From Octopus bimaculoides (taxonomy: Eukaryota), in the NCBI RefSeq assembly GCF_001194135.2, contig NC_068988.1, positions 53,735,749 to 53,781,525 on the forward strand: DNA of 45,777 nt, in the 5' to 3' direction. The notes beneath the pieces are model-generated. The model did not search any database and was not told the origin of the DNA. It worked only from the letters and a program-made list of their open reading frames with translations. Below, piece by piece: positions 1 through 10,221 of this stretch (positions are counted from its first letter, which is position 1; each line of letters starts with the position of its first letter). A program made the position numbers and the translations under genes.

Positions 1-143
1 TACATCTATATGTATACATATACATCTCTCTCTCTCTGAAAGTATCTGTCATTACAGTATCGAAATGGTGTACATATACATGTATATGTATACATATACA
101 TCTCTCTCTCTCTTTCTCTCTCTGTCATTACAGTATCGAAATG

Positions 144-437
144 TGATTGTTTCAGTTAGTGGAATAGTTTCATTTTTAAAGTGAAAGTATTTGACATGAG
201 TGTTTTTGTTTCACTTTTGACACGTAATACTTAAATAGTGGAAGAGATATTATGTTGCCGTGTGCTCGAACTCTGCAAGAAGTTAAAAATTTTGACTAAA
301 ACACAACTGGAACCCTAAGTAAGGCATCTGTAAAATTTGAATGAAATTGGTTGCGTAGTTCTCGAGTTTTAGGGATTCACACACACAGACAGACAAACAG
401 ACAGACAGACACACATTCTCATTTTTATATATATAGA
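144..437 (+). mobile_element. Helitron/Helentron-like non-autonomous element, 3' part
   Basis: Ends ...AAATTTGAATGAAATTGGTTGCGTAGTT...(CAGA)n...CACACATTCTCATTTTTATATATATAGAT, resembling Lep1/HINE-type ends with an internal ACAG microsatellite (recalled similarity only). Confidence 0.45.
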
Positions 438-917
438 TGTATATGCATACAAAGAAATAAGTTATTATTATTATTAGGTGTATTATATTATTATTATTAG
501 ATAAAGTACAAACAGAGGGAAGAGAAAATTATCAAAAGAGAAATAACAGTAGAATTTAAATAATCAATCTATCTTGAGATTATTATAGTTATGTAGGAAT
601 AAAAAGGTATATAAATGAGGAATACATACATATATATATATGTATATACATACATACATACATATATNNNNNNNNNNNNNNNNNNNNNNNNNNNNNNNNN
701 NNNNNNNNNNNNNNNNNNNNNNNNNNNNNNNNNNNNNNNNNNNNNNNNNNNNNNNNNNNNNNNNNNNTATATATATATATATATTTACGTACAAACATAC
801 ACATAGGTACATACATTTTTCATGTGTTGAGAAGGGAGGATTACTGTAGTAGTTCGTATTTTTCTTTTTATATAATTATAATAATTATACACAAACATAT
901 ATATACTGAGGTTCCAC

Positions 918-959
<42 letters not shown>

Positions 960-1039
960 TAGCTCATAAAAAGCATCTCAAGCGTTGGGGCTTGGGAGAC
1001 TTTTGGTAACATGCCAAGTGAAATTATAATCGTGACATA

Positions 1040-1226
1040 TAGTGTCATGCAACTAGCATCCATTACACTCTTGGAGTGGTTGGTATTAGGTAGGGCATTC
1101 AGCCATAGAAACCATGCCAAATCAGACTGGAATCTGGTGCAGTCCCTCAGTTTGCCAGCCCTGGTTAAACCGTCCAACCCAAGCCAGCATGGACAAGAGA
1201 TGTTAAATGTTGATGATGATGATGAT
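1040..1226 (+). mobile_element. RTE-LINE-type 3' tail (family E)
   Basis: GTGGTTGG..TTAGG.AGGGCAT.CAGC..TAGAAACCATGCC...CAACCCA.GCCAGCATGGA...GTTAAA-(GAT)n. Other copies at ~3881-4060(+), 14825-15048(-), 22341-22494(+), 24235-24431(+), 30180-30370(-), 31375-31715(-). Confidence 0.85.
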
Positions 1227-3159
1227 ACATTCACACATACATGCATGTGTGTGTGTGTGTAGATATACACACACATACACACGGCTAGACATCTACATAT
1301 TAAATGTTTCTACTGCTCTGTCTCTCTGTCTCTCTCTGACATCTCCTGTTTAACTTTCTCATTTGCCTTTTCTCTTTACATTTGTCACTTTCATTTTATC
1401 TTATCTCTCTTTCCCTTACTATTTCTCTCCTTTTATGATCAAGTTAAAGATTTCTGTTAAACTTTGATGTCATTTGTCATGGTTATACATAAATTCACTA
1501 AACATTTCTTCCTTATCATTTCCATCTCTCTCACCCTCCCTTTACTATTTCTGTCTTAAGTTAACTTTTTCAGTGAGCAACAACAGCTTGTAGTCCTGGA
1601 TATTGCTAAGTACTACCTCCTAAATATAAAATTCAGAATTCAAAGAATCCACTGTTGGTCTTCATCAGTAAATGTAAAATCATTGTATTTTGCTGTGAGG
1701 GGCCAAAAAAATATTCTTTAAGAAAGGGCCTATATCCAAAATATTGACATTTCTTTTCCCTTTCCACACAGCAATATACACCTATACTTTAATAAAGAAA
1801 ACTGCTTACTAAAATCTACATGTTTAGAAAATTCTTATAAATTCTGATTTTAATATATTTTCATCAAAATGTGCTTATCAAGATTCTCTTATTATTGACT
1901 AGCTTAAAAGCTGCACTTCATGCAGGCTTTTAAGGTACCTCCTGCAGAGGGCTAGTTGGGCTTGCGGCCCAAAACTAAAGAGAGCTAAATAACATAACTA
2001 TAATACATCTATAATGACTATACGCCCCGGTGGTGTTTGATCAGAAGTTAAGGATGGATGAGAATTCTGTAATGTAATCAATCTATAGTTCCAGTCCCAA
2101 GTTGAATTTTAACTGTTGGCCAATTTGCCCCAAAGTTCTTGTCTCGACATAAAATCAACGAAGCAAATGTCATTTATCTCCCCCTTGATGTCTAATGTCA
2201 TTTGACAAATGCCAACCAAGATGGCATGAACCAACCAAGCTTTACCTGCTACAATTAGCAACCCAAATGCTTTTAAATCAGATCCCAATGCTGGATGTTT
2301 AAGAACCAAATGAAGGGCAAATCATCAATCTCTGGATCATCCTAATTCCAAAATGGTATAATATGTCTATGTAGAGCAAATGTAGACTGAGGTACAGGAG
2401 TCCTGGACAGACAGAATTTCGAGTTTATTATTATAGAAGATTTGAATGACATGATCCAAACACAAAACTAATTTTTATTCAATGTAACTTTGTCATTTTG
2501 CACTGTAAGATAGCATTTTTTAATGTCTCTGTTTATACTTCATTTGGAAATATAAAGGTTGCCTAAATATTTGCAACACGACTTTCTACAGACACATCAA
2601 TAGAACCATTTCTCCAAAATTTTCTGATTCATATATACACAATAAACTGAGGGCTTTTATATGGCTAAATTAAGTCAACACAATACCTGATTTCTTCATA
2701 AATTCTAACATTGTCTTTTAGTGCTTGATATTATTCTAAATTCATTTACTGAGTAAGTATTATTAGATAAATAAAGTATACCAAAGAAAATTAGATGTAA
2801 CAGAGAAAAGTTATATAAATTGTGATTCAAATGAATGAATATTTCTTAGTAACTAGTAGAAAACCACCCAAAGAGAAGTCTTTCTGCTTCATGATCTAAC
2901 ATTTTTCTTTTATAAATGAAATGTAAGCCTAATTGTTAAGTAGTTAATTCATTTCATTCTACAATAACTGTCAGCCTTGTGTATTGACAAATACTACATA
3001 ACCTTTTTGCTAGTCAATGTCACTGACTATGTAAAACTAGAATTGCCAGATCAATTTCATAAAAAATAGCACAAAATTTCCAAAATAGTGGCGGATCATG
3101 TTAGAAAGTAACCCAAAATAAAAATATTGTTAGCAAATTTTTTAAGATATCTTTTATGT

Positions 3160-3520
3160 TTTACTTTCTTCAGTCATTAAACTGTGGCCCATGCTACAGC
3201 ACTGCCTTGAAGAGTTTTAGTTGAACACATCAACACCAGGACTTATTTTTTAGTCTGGTACTTCTAATCAGTTCCTTTTATTGAACTGCTTAGTTATAGG
3301 GGTGTTAACAAACTAACACTGGTTTTCAAGTGGTGAGTGAAAGGGAGACACACAGGCACAAATACACATACATATATATGACAGGCTTCTACACAGTTTC
3401 CATCAATCAAATTCACTCACAAAGGATCTGCTGGTCTGGGGCTACAGTAGGTGACACATACCCAAGGTGCTGTGTAGTGGTTGCAAAGCAAGCTTCTTAA
3501 ATACACAGCCATACCTGTAA
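3160..3520 (-). mobile_element. tRNA/CORE-type SINE (family B), degenerate full length
   Basis: Head GTATGGCTGTGT..., body CACCTTGGG..., tail CAGTTTAATGACTGAAGAAAGTAAA; same family as 27605-28060. Confidence 0.75.
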
Positions 3521-3540
3521 ATCAGTTCTATTCTATTTAT

Positions 3541-3830
3541 TCTTTTACTCTTTTATTTGTTTCAGTCACTTGACTGCAGCCATGCTGGAGCACCACCTTT
3601 AGTCGAACAAATCGACCCCAGAACTTATTCTTTGTAAGCCTAGTACTTATTCTGTCGGTCTCTTTGGCCGAACCGCTAAGTTACGGGGGTGTAAACACAC
3701 CAGCAGAAATTGACAGAATAAGTACCAGGCTTAGAAATAAGTTCTGGAGCTGATCATTTGGTTAAACTCTTCAATGTGGTGCTCTAGCATGGCTGCAGTC
3801 CAATGACTGAAACAAGTATAAGATGAAAGA
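3541..3830. mobile_element. Adjacent inverted pair of family-B SINE 3' halves
   Basis: Minus copy 3541-3704 followed directly by plus copy 3708-3830; arms are complementary. Confidence 0.85.
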
Positions 3831-4224
3831 TATCTTTGCTTGGTCAGGACTGACATGGAACTAAGCAACAGCAACAACAACTGCCTTCCCATGCTGGTAC
3901 CACGTAAAATGCACCCAGTACACTCTGTAAAGTAGTTGACATTGAAACCATGTCAAAACAGACAATTGGAGCCTGGTGCTGCTTTCTAGCTTGCCAGCTC
4001 CTGTCAAATCATCCAACCCATGCCAGCATGGAAAACAGACATTAAATGATGATGAAGATGTCTAGTCAGAAGAAAGGCAGTGTCCCTGAACTTCCTTCAG
4101 GGCTCTGGAAATGAAGTGAGGAAAATATCCTCAGACCAGAGACCCAGCTGAAATTCTTGTAATAGAGTGGGATTCACTAAAACATCCAAGGACCAATATG
4201 GTGCTAAACTGAGTTTCGGTCATT

Positions 4225-4570
4225 TACTTGTTTCAGTCATTGGACAACAGCCATGTTTGGGCACTGCTTTAAAGAGCCTAGAGAAAACAGTTCAACTCCA
4301 GAACTTCTGTTTTAAAGTCTGGAGCTTATTCTATCAGTTACTTTTGCAGAAACCAAGTTACAAGGACATAAACAAACCAACACCCATTGTCAAACGTGAA
4401 TGGGAAGGGGATATACACAAAGACACACATATAATGGGTTTCCATCTAACAAATTTACTCACAAGGTATTGATTGACCCATGGTTACAGGAGAAGACACT
4501 TGCCCAAGGTCCCACACAGTGGGACTGAACCTGAAACCATGTGATCATAAAGTGAGTTTCTTAACTACAC
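4225..4570 (-). mobile_element. Family-B SINE
   Basis: TTACTTGTTTCAGTCATTGGAC...CACTTGCCCAAGGT...GGGACTGAACCTGAAACCATGTG. Further copies or fragments at ~7495-7670(-), 15050-15225(-), 19695-19830(+), 20440-20640(+), 27120-27335(-), 30970-31140(-), 44420-44735(+). Confidence 0.8.
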
Positions 4571-4634
4571 AATCATACCAAATAATTATTCAGTGTGAAA
4601 AATGCTTTGAAGAACATGAGTGATTAAAACTTAC

Positions 4635-4808
4635 GTTTGGAAGAACAAAGGATGAGGGTGACAACATTGAGTAAAAGACAAAGACCGACATTGATACTGA
4701 TGAAGGTCTTGTTGATGTTACAACCATTAATACGAGTGTAGTTGTAAAATAACCACACTATACCACCAATGGCAACGAGGTAGAACAGAAGGCCACAAAT
4801 GATTGTGC
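4635..4808 (-). CDS. SERINC5: SERINC5-like exon 7 (174 nt; GTIICGLLFYLVAIGGIVWLFYNYTRINGCNINKTFISINVGLCLLLNVVTLILCSSK)
   Basis: TTTTTTCAG acceptor, C|GTAAGT donor (phase 1). FY..Y...GC..NK.FI.IN..LC motif. Downstream exons were not found in the window. Confidence 0.95.
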
Positions 4809-5535
4809 CTGAAAAAAGAAACAAAATAAAAAATACAGAATCAAAATAGCAATTGAAAAAAAAATTATTTCTCAAGTTGTACAGTAATCATCATCCAAAT
4901 AACTACATTGTAGAACTCTGCTATTGTATTATTTCTGTTTATGAAATGATATCAGTAATAAAAAAAAAATGGTAATTGTCTGCTAATGTTGATGATGATG
5001 AAGATGATTAGTCTTAAGTTGGTCTCTAAGAAGCAAAGATATAACCAAAGGTGTTGCAGCTATGGTCAGAATTTTTTTTTTTTTTAATGTATATATTGAG
5101 ACTATCTTATCTAAAGACTTCTTTAGTTTTAAGACAAAAAGGTATGATTTGATAGAAATTTGGGTGCAATCTCTAGCATGTTGACTGACCACCTAAAGTG
5201 GTATTGCGATACCTTTTTAGCATAAAGGATAAAATGAAAGTGGACCTGTGCCGCAAAAAATACTAAATCTTTAATTTTACAAATTCACAATCCCTACCTC
5301 TCCTATTGTAGAACAAAAAGAAAAGAAATCTGACAACACTAGGACCAAATGATAAGAAAGATATGACATAAGATAGCAGGATGATGAAACAACAGTCCCT
5401 TGGGAACTAAGGAGATCCTGTTACGTATAAAAAAACACCCCAATTAATATGGATAGGGGTATCCCATAAAACTCTTTCATATTGGTAAAAATTTTCTATT
5501 TTAGGACGGGAGAGTGTAATGTCACTGTTATTTAA

Positions 5536-5754
5536 TCCTTTAACATTCAAATAACTCTGTCAAATGAATGTCTATTTATTCACATAGTTTTGAATAAATC
5601 ATGCATTATCTCATAGCTTCAGGATTTCGATATGTTTGTTTGTTTTTAAAGTGACATTATAAAATGGATATAAAAGGCCAGATCTGAGATTAATTTGAAT
5701 ACAAAAAAATGGAGAATATCGTGGCCTGACAGGGTTAGTTTAAATGCTAATGGG
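5536..5754 (+). mobile_element. piggyBac-type MITE
   Basis: TTAA|TCCTTTAACATT...AATGCTAATGGG|CTAA; degenerate TTAA-CCC...GGG-TTAA ends. Related copies at 6284-6873 (interrupted), 12731-12851(-) and 15471-15640(-). Confidence 0.75.
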
Positions 5755-5934
5755 CTAATGTGAATACATGTGTGTCTCCATACTTATGATTGAAACTAAA
5801 TGGTACAACTTGAAGTAGTCAGGTGACCAGAGTAATAACATGTGGACAACCACACATTATTCTGAACTGTAACTGAAGAACTGAGTTGAATAAAGCTTGG
5901 AAAGCAGCCACCAAATTTTTCATTCTTTCTATAC

Positions 5935-6242
5935 AAGAATTGTGTATATTCCAATCCTTGCAGTTGTAGCAATGAATATGAAGGTGAAACCAGCTGCTCA
6001 TTAAAAGTAAAGCTCGAGAAACATTGTAAGGCTGTATTCTATGGAGAGACAGAAACATCGGAGATTGCTGATTATTTCTGAATGGAAAATTCACCAAACA
6101 TCATGGAACAAAATCAGAATGATAGCTAAGAAACAACGTTGGAAAATAAAATGACAAAGAATTAGTAAATATGATAGGCTTTGATAACCTCTTCAGTAGG
6201 CCTAGCACAGAGGTAACAATTTTAGACAAGCCTTTGATTTAA
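5935..6242 (+). pseudogene. Penelope-like element GIY-YIG endonuclease remnant
   Basis: Manual translation: KNCVYSNPCSCSNEYEGETSCSLKVKLEKHCKAVFYGETETSEIADYF*MEN /fs/ HQTSWNKIRMIAKKQRWKIK* /fs/ KELVNMIGFDNLFSRPSTEVTILDKPLI*. Matches the PLE pattern VY.IPC.C...Y.GET.R.L..R..EH. Confidence 0.8.
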
Positions 6243-6367
6243 AATGATATTAAACCTATGATCATTACAAAAGTTAGACTTAACCCTCTCGCATTCAGAT
6301 TACTCTGTCAAATGTAATGCTTCTCTATTCACATTGTTTTGATTTAATCATGCATTATCTTGTAGCT

Positions 6368-6760
6368 GTGGAGGCACAATGGCCCAGTGGTTAGGGCAGT
6401 GGACTCGCGGTCATAGGATCGCGGTTTCGATTCTCAGACTGGGCGTTGTGAGTGTTTATTGAGCGAAAACACCTAAAGCTCCACAAGGCTCCGGCAGGGG
6501 ATGGTGGTGAACCCTGCTGTACTCTTTCACCACAACTTTCTCTCACTCTTTCTTCCTGTTTCTGTTGTACCTGTAATTCAAAGGGTCAGCCTTGTCACAC
6601 TGTGTCAAGCTGAATCTCCCCAAGAACTTTGTTAAGGGTACACGTGTCTGTGGAGTGCTCAGCCACTTGCACGTTAATTTCACAAGCAGGCTGTTCCGTT
6701 GATTGGATCAACTGGAATCCTCGACGCCGTAAGCGATGGAGTGCCATCAACAACAACAAC
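6368..6760 (+). mobile_element. tRNA-derived SINE (family A), inserted in a piggyBac-type MITE
   Basis: A box TGGCCCAGTGG, B box GGTTTCGATTC, (AAC)n tail, 10-bp TSD ATCTTGTAGC (6357-6366 and 6761-6770). MITE sequence resumes on both sides. Confidence 0.9.
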
Positions 6761-7273
6761 ATCTTGTAGCAACAAAATTTTGATGATGTGATTGCTTATT
6801 TTTAAAATGACATTGTAAGGTGTGAGAGGCAGGATTTGGTTGGTTTGAACATTAAACAGGTAGAATATTTTGGTTTAAAACTTCTTATTTCTGCAATCTG
6901 ATCGTTTTACAGGATAATAGAATAGTGAATATAAGCATTAATTGTTAAATGCTGTCATGCACTTGGTGAGCATCAGTTCAGTCTCAGAGATCAGGTAATC
7001 TATATCTATATATAGAATGTTTGAGTGAACTCACAATCAGGAAAATAATTAATATGAGAATATTGTCAGTATGAACAATTTACTTCAGTGGATTTAGCAA
7101 AGGGTCTGGCTTGTATTTCAAGGACATTACTAGGTACAACAGAAATGCTGAAGCATTGTGACAATAACAACCAAGATGAGAACAATAATCTGAATATATT
7201 TGTGTATAACAAATCAATAGTATTAAATATAATCAACAAATTCAAATAGAGTGAGACTTGAGAGAAAACTTAC

Positions 7274-7317
7274 CTGCAGCACCACATGTATTTATTTCTC
7301 CAGAAGGTTTATATGAC
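7274..7317 (-). CDS. SERINC5: SERINC5-like exon 6 (44 nt; SYKPSGEINTCGAA)
   Basis: TATTTTTACAG acceptor, CAG|GTAAGT donor. Phase 2-1 is exactly what is needed to bridge exons 5 and 7 in frame. Confidence 0.85.
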
Positions 7318-7746
7318 CTGTAAAAATAGAAAAGATGAGGTAGAAGCCTTATGTAGAAAGTATTTAATTTTAGGAAGTGACTGAGTGAAGTTTACAAAGG
7401 AAACCCAGTAAATAAGTCATCAGAACAACACAACAAGTGATCACTAAATTTCAGTCTTTTGAAATAACAAAAATACCATACACACATGCAAGTTTACTCT
7501 TTTACTTGTTTCAGTCATTTGACTGCGGCCATACTGAAGCACCGCCTTTAGTCGAGCAAATCGACCCCAGGACTTATTCTTTGGAAGCCTAGTACTTATT
7601 CTATCGGTCACTTTTGCCGAACCGCTAAGTTACGGGGACGTAAACACACCAGCATCGGTTGTCAAGCAGAAATGTAATCACACACAGAATAATAATGCAA
7701 AAATAATAAATAAATAAATAAATAAAAACAGCTGCTTGTAACTTAC

Positions 7747-7840
7747 CATTTTATATTCCAGGCATATGTAAAATCTACCAAGAATATAAGTTGAATCAAA
7801 ATAAACAAGAATCCACCAGCAATGCCAACATACATCCAGT
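7747..7840 (-). CDS. SERINC5: SERINC5-like exon 5 (94 nt; [32 protein letters not shown])
   Basis: TCTTTCAG acceptor, TG|GTAAGT donor, phase 1-2. Conserved G..GGF.FILIQL..LVDF..WN motif. Confidence 0.97.
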
Positions 7841-8978
7841 CTGAAAGATAAATATGAGATTATACGTTGGTATGCGTATATGTGGATGTATATATATATC
7901 ATCATCATGTCAACGTATACTTTTCTGTGTATGCACGCAGGGCCAGATTAAGACCCATAGAGGCCCTAAGCACTAAAAACATTTTGGTGCCCTCAAATAT
8001 ATGTAAATGGTTCAAAATGTAAACAAAAATAATTCAAAATGTAAGCAATAAACCATAAAAAACTAATGTGCGTTTTATTAGTGGTGTTGAGCTCAAACTT
8101 TTATTTTGTATTGCTTGGAAAAGAATGACCTTTGCCCCATTGATCTGACCTAGAAAGGTTATGTAGAGAGTGATATTTTCATTGGTGATTCCATAACTCA
8201 ATGGATTACATGGGCTTTATCATCATTATATATGAAAATATAAACACAAGTGAAGCATACTTTAAGAAATAAATATGCATCGCATATCATTGTATCAGCC
8301 AAACTATCAGATGTTATACACTGCTGGCCACAATGCACTTTCAATTCTTTCTTGATTGCACCCTTATTTTCCTTCTTGGCCCAAATCATTTAACTAAGTT
8401 GTCATTCCATCATTATGGAGGTCTTCAGCATGGCCTTTTCCAATCTTTTGGATACCACTTGGAAACTGCATGGGTCCACCTGTTGTCTGTGTGTCTTGCA
8501 ATATGCCTGGCCTATTCCTTTATGCTTATACATGCATGTGTGGGGCCATGTGGAAACTTTTATATGCATCTTTGAGCAATGTCAAATATATTAATTAATA
8601 CTTCAAATATCATCCATAAACATTTCCAGTCCCAACTCATAGGAATGCCATACACCGACCATCACTTCTGATTTCAGATATATCCATTCAAAATTTCACT
8701 AACCTTAACTGCAGAAAGTAGTTTTATAATACCAGTCTATCTTTTGTTGAGGAATGTCATACTTGAAACTAATTTTCATTGAGATATATCAAGTTTAGTG
8801 AGATAATGTGACTTGTAGAAAATACCAGTTCTATTTTTGGTCGATATTTAACATTATTACGGGAAAAACCATGAAATTTAATTTTTCAGTGAAAAAGTTA
8901 ATATCTGTGCCACAAACCAGGTTTTAAAATAACTATTAGAAATAAGAGATAAAAAAAGGATATTTATAGTCAACTCAC

Positions 8979-9055
8979 ACAAATTAAACTCCTTTGGCAG
9001 CATAAAGGCTGTAGCACAGAAGAGACAAAGAATCACAAATTTGAAGAACCAGAAC
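8979..9055 (-). CDS. SERINC5: SERINC5-like exon 4 (77 nt; FWFFKFVILCLFCATAFMLPKEFNL)
   Basis: Too short for the ORF track; read manually. TTTTACTTTACAG acceptor, GTGAGT donor, phase 2-1. Completes the NG-FWFFK signature. Confidence 0.95.
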
Positions 9056-9487
9056 CTGTAAAGTAAAATTGGAATATTGCACAGTTATCTTATTTTTTGG
9101 TGTGCAAGCCAATATAGTATATAGCATAAACATTCAGTGTAAACATTCAGATATTGTTATTATCTTTCCAAATCCTGCTGCATTTCACATAGAATTTTTG
9201 ATCCTCCAAAGTTGTCTTGATATATGTCAACCTAACACTTTTGGCTGTAAATTTTGGTTTGGAAAATTTGATTTGTATGCTAGAAAGTACAGTATTGCAT
9301 TTTTGTTAAAATGTCCTAAAAACACAATAAAAAGAATTATCAGGGATACACCATTTAACATGCTAGATCAGTGGCTCTCAACTGAGTTGCATGCAAGCGA
9401 AGCAATAAACAGGAGATCCACAGTTGCATTTTAAGGGTTTTCTTTAGATATATTTAGTGCAAGAAACAGCTAGGTTTCTTCCTCTAA

Positions 9488-9943
9488 TACAATTCTATAT
9501 CTAAGAGATGAGGAATTATGTACATTATTTATATTTGCCGGATATTTGTCCTCATCTTGTTTGTTGTTAACACGTTTCAGCTGATATACCCTCCAGCCTT
9601 CATCAGGTGTCTTAGGAAATTTTGAACCTGGGTTCTCATTCCTAAGGTATTTTATGAATGTTATTATTATCATTATTATTATATTATTATTGTAAAAAAT
9701 AAAAAGTTTTGAATGGTACAACAATGCACTATAATACAAAAAATGGATTATATACCTGTTGCAATTTAGTTATATATAGTCCGATAGATATCGGACTATA
9801 GATAACTAAATCGCAACAAGTATATAGTCCATTTTTTGTATTATAGTGCATTGTTGTACCATTCAAAACTTTTTATTCTTTACAAACAAAACACAATGCT
9901 TCAAGCGAACTACAATACTTTCCTATATTATTATTATTATTAC

Positions 9944-9992
<49 letters not shown>

Positions 9993-10221
9993 TAGGTCAT
10001 TTCTTGGAATTGAACTCGGAATCTTAGGGTTAGTAGCCTGCCAAGCAATGACCTGAATAATAATAATATAACAATAATAATAACATCGTAAAATACCTTA
10101 GTAATGAGAACCCAAGTTCAAATTTCCCCAAGACAGCTGATGAAGGGTGGAGGGTATATCAGCCAAAACATGTTAACAAACAAACAAGATGAGGACAAAT
10201 ATCCATCAAATATAAATAATG
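9488..10221. mobile_element. Composite inverted tRNA-SINE/Penelope-type insertion with hammerhead-like cores (family X)
   Basis: Minus copy 9488-9690, palindrome 9690-9885, minus tRNA-half 9928-10040 (B box GAGTTCAATTCC at 10006-10017), plus copy 10041-10221. 12-bp TSD TTCTTCCTCTAA/TTCTTTCTCTAA (9476-9487, 10222-10233). Confidence 0.75.
9690..9885. repeat. 196-bp near-perfect palindrome
   Basis: 97-bp arms, 92/97 complementary, no indels, 2-nt loop (9787-9788). Explains the identical MYYSALLYHSKLF starts of the two opposite-strand ORFs in the track. Confidence 0.97.

Noticed and set aside
1-143. Local ~60-bp tandem duplication
   Set aside because: Microsatellite-associated slippage at the window edge; no functional signal.
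564-1282. Several ORFs including the 165-aa ORF 785-1282
   Set aside because: Composed of (TA)n/(CA)n microsatellite, N-gap and antisense RTE tail; no splice or homology support.
1-4634. SERINC exon 8 (expected phase 1, ..GLLQ.S.I..Y..YLT)
   Set aside because: Candidate acceptors near 4148, 1620 and 845 give immediate stops or non-SERINC peptides; the exon probably lies left of the window or in the gap.
4690-4730. CTGATGAAGG inside exon 7 (antisense), and a similar motif at ~1663
   Set aside because: No stem II/GAAA follows; chance match.
5819-6097. 92-aa minus-strand ORF as an alternative SERINC exon
   Set aside because: It is the antisense frame of the Penelope endonuclease relic.
7938-8300. 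hAT-like terminus CAGGGCCAGATTAAG with a possible dimerisation-domain trace
   Set aside because: No partner TIR or TSD found, and the peptide similarity is too weak.
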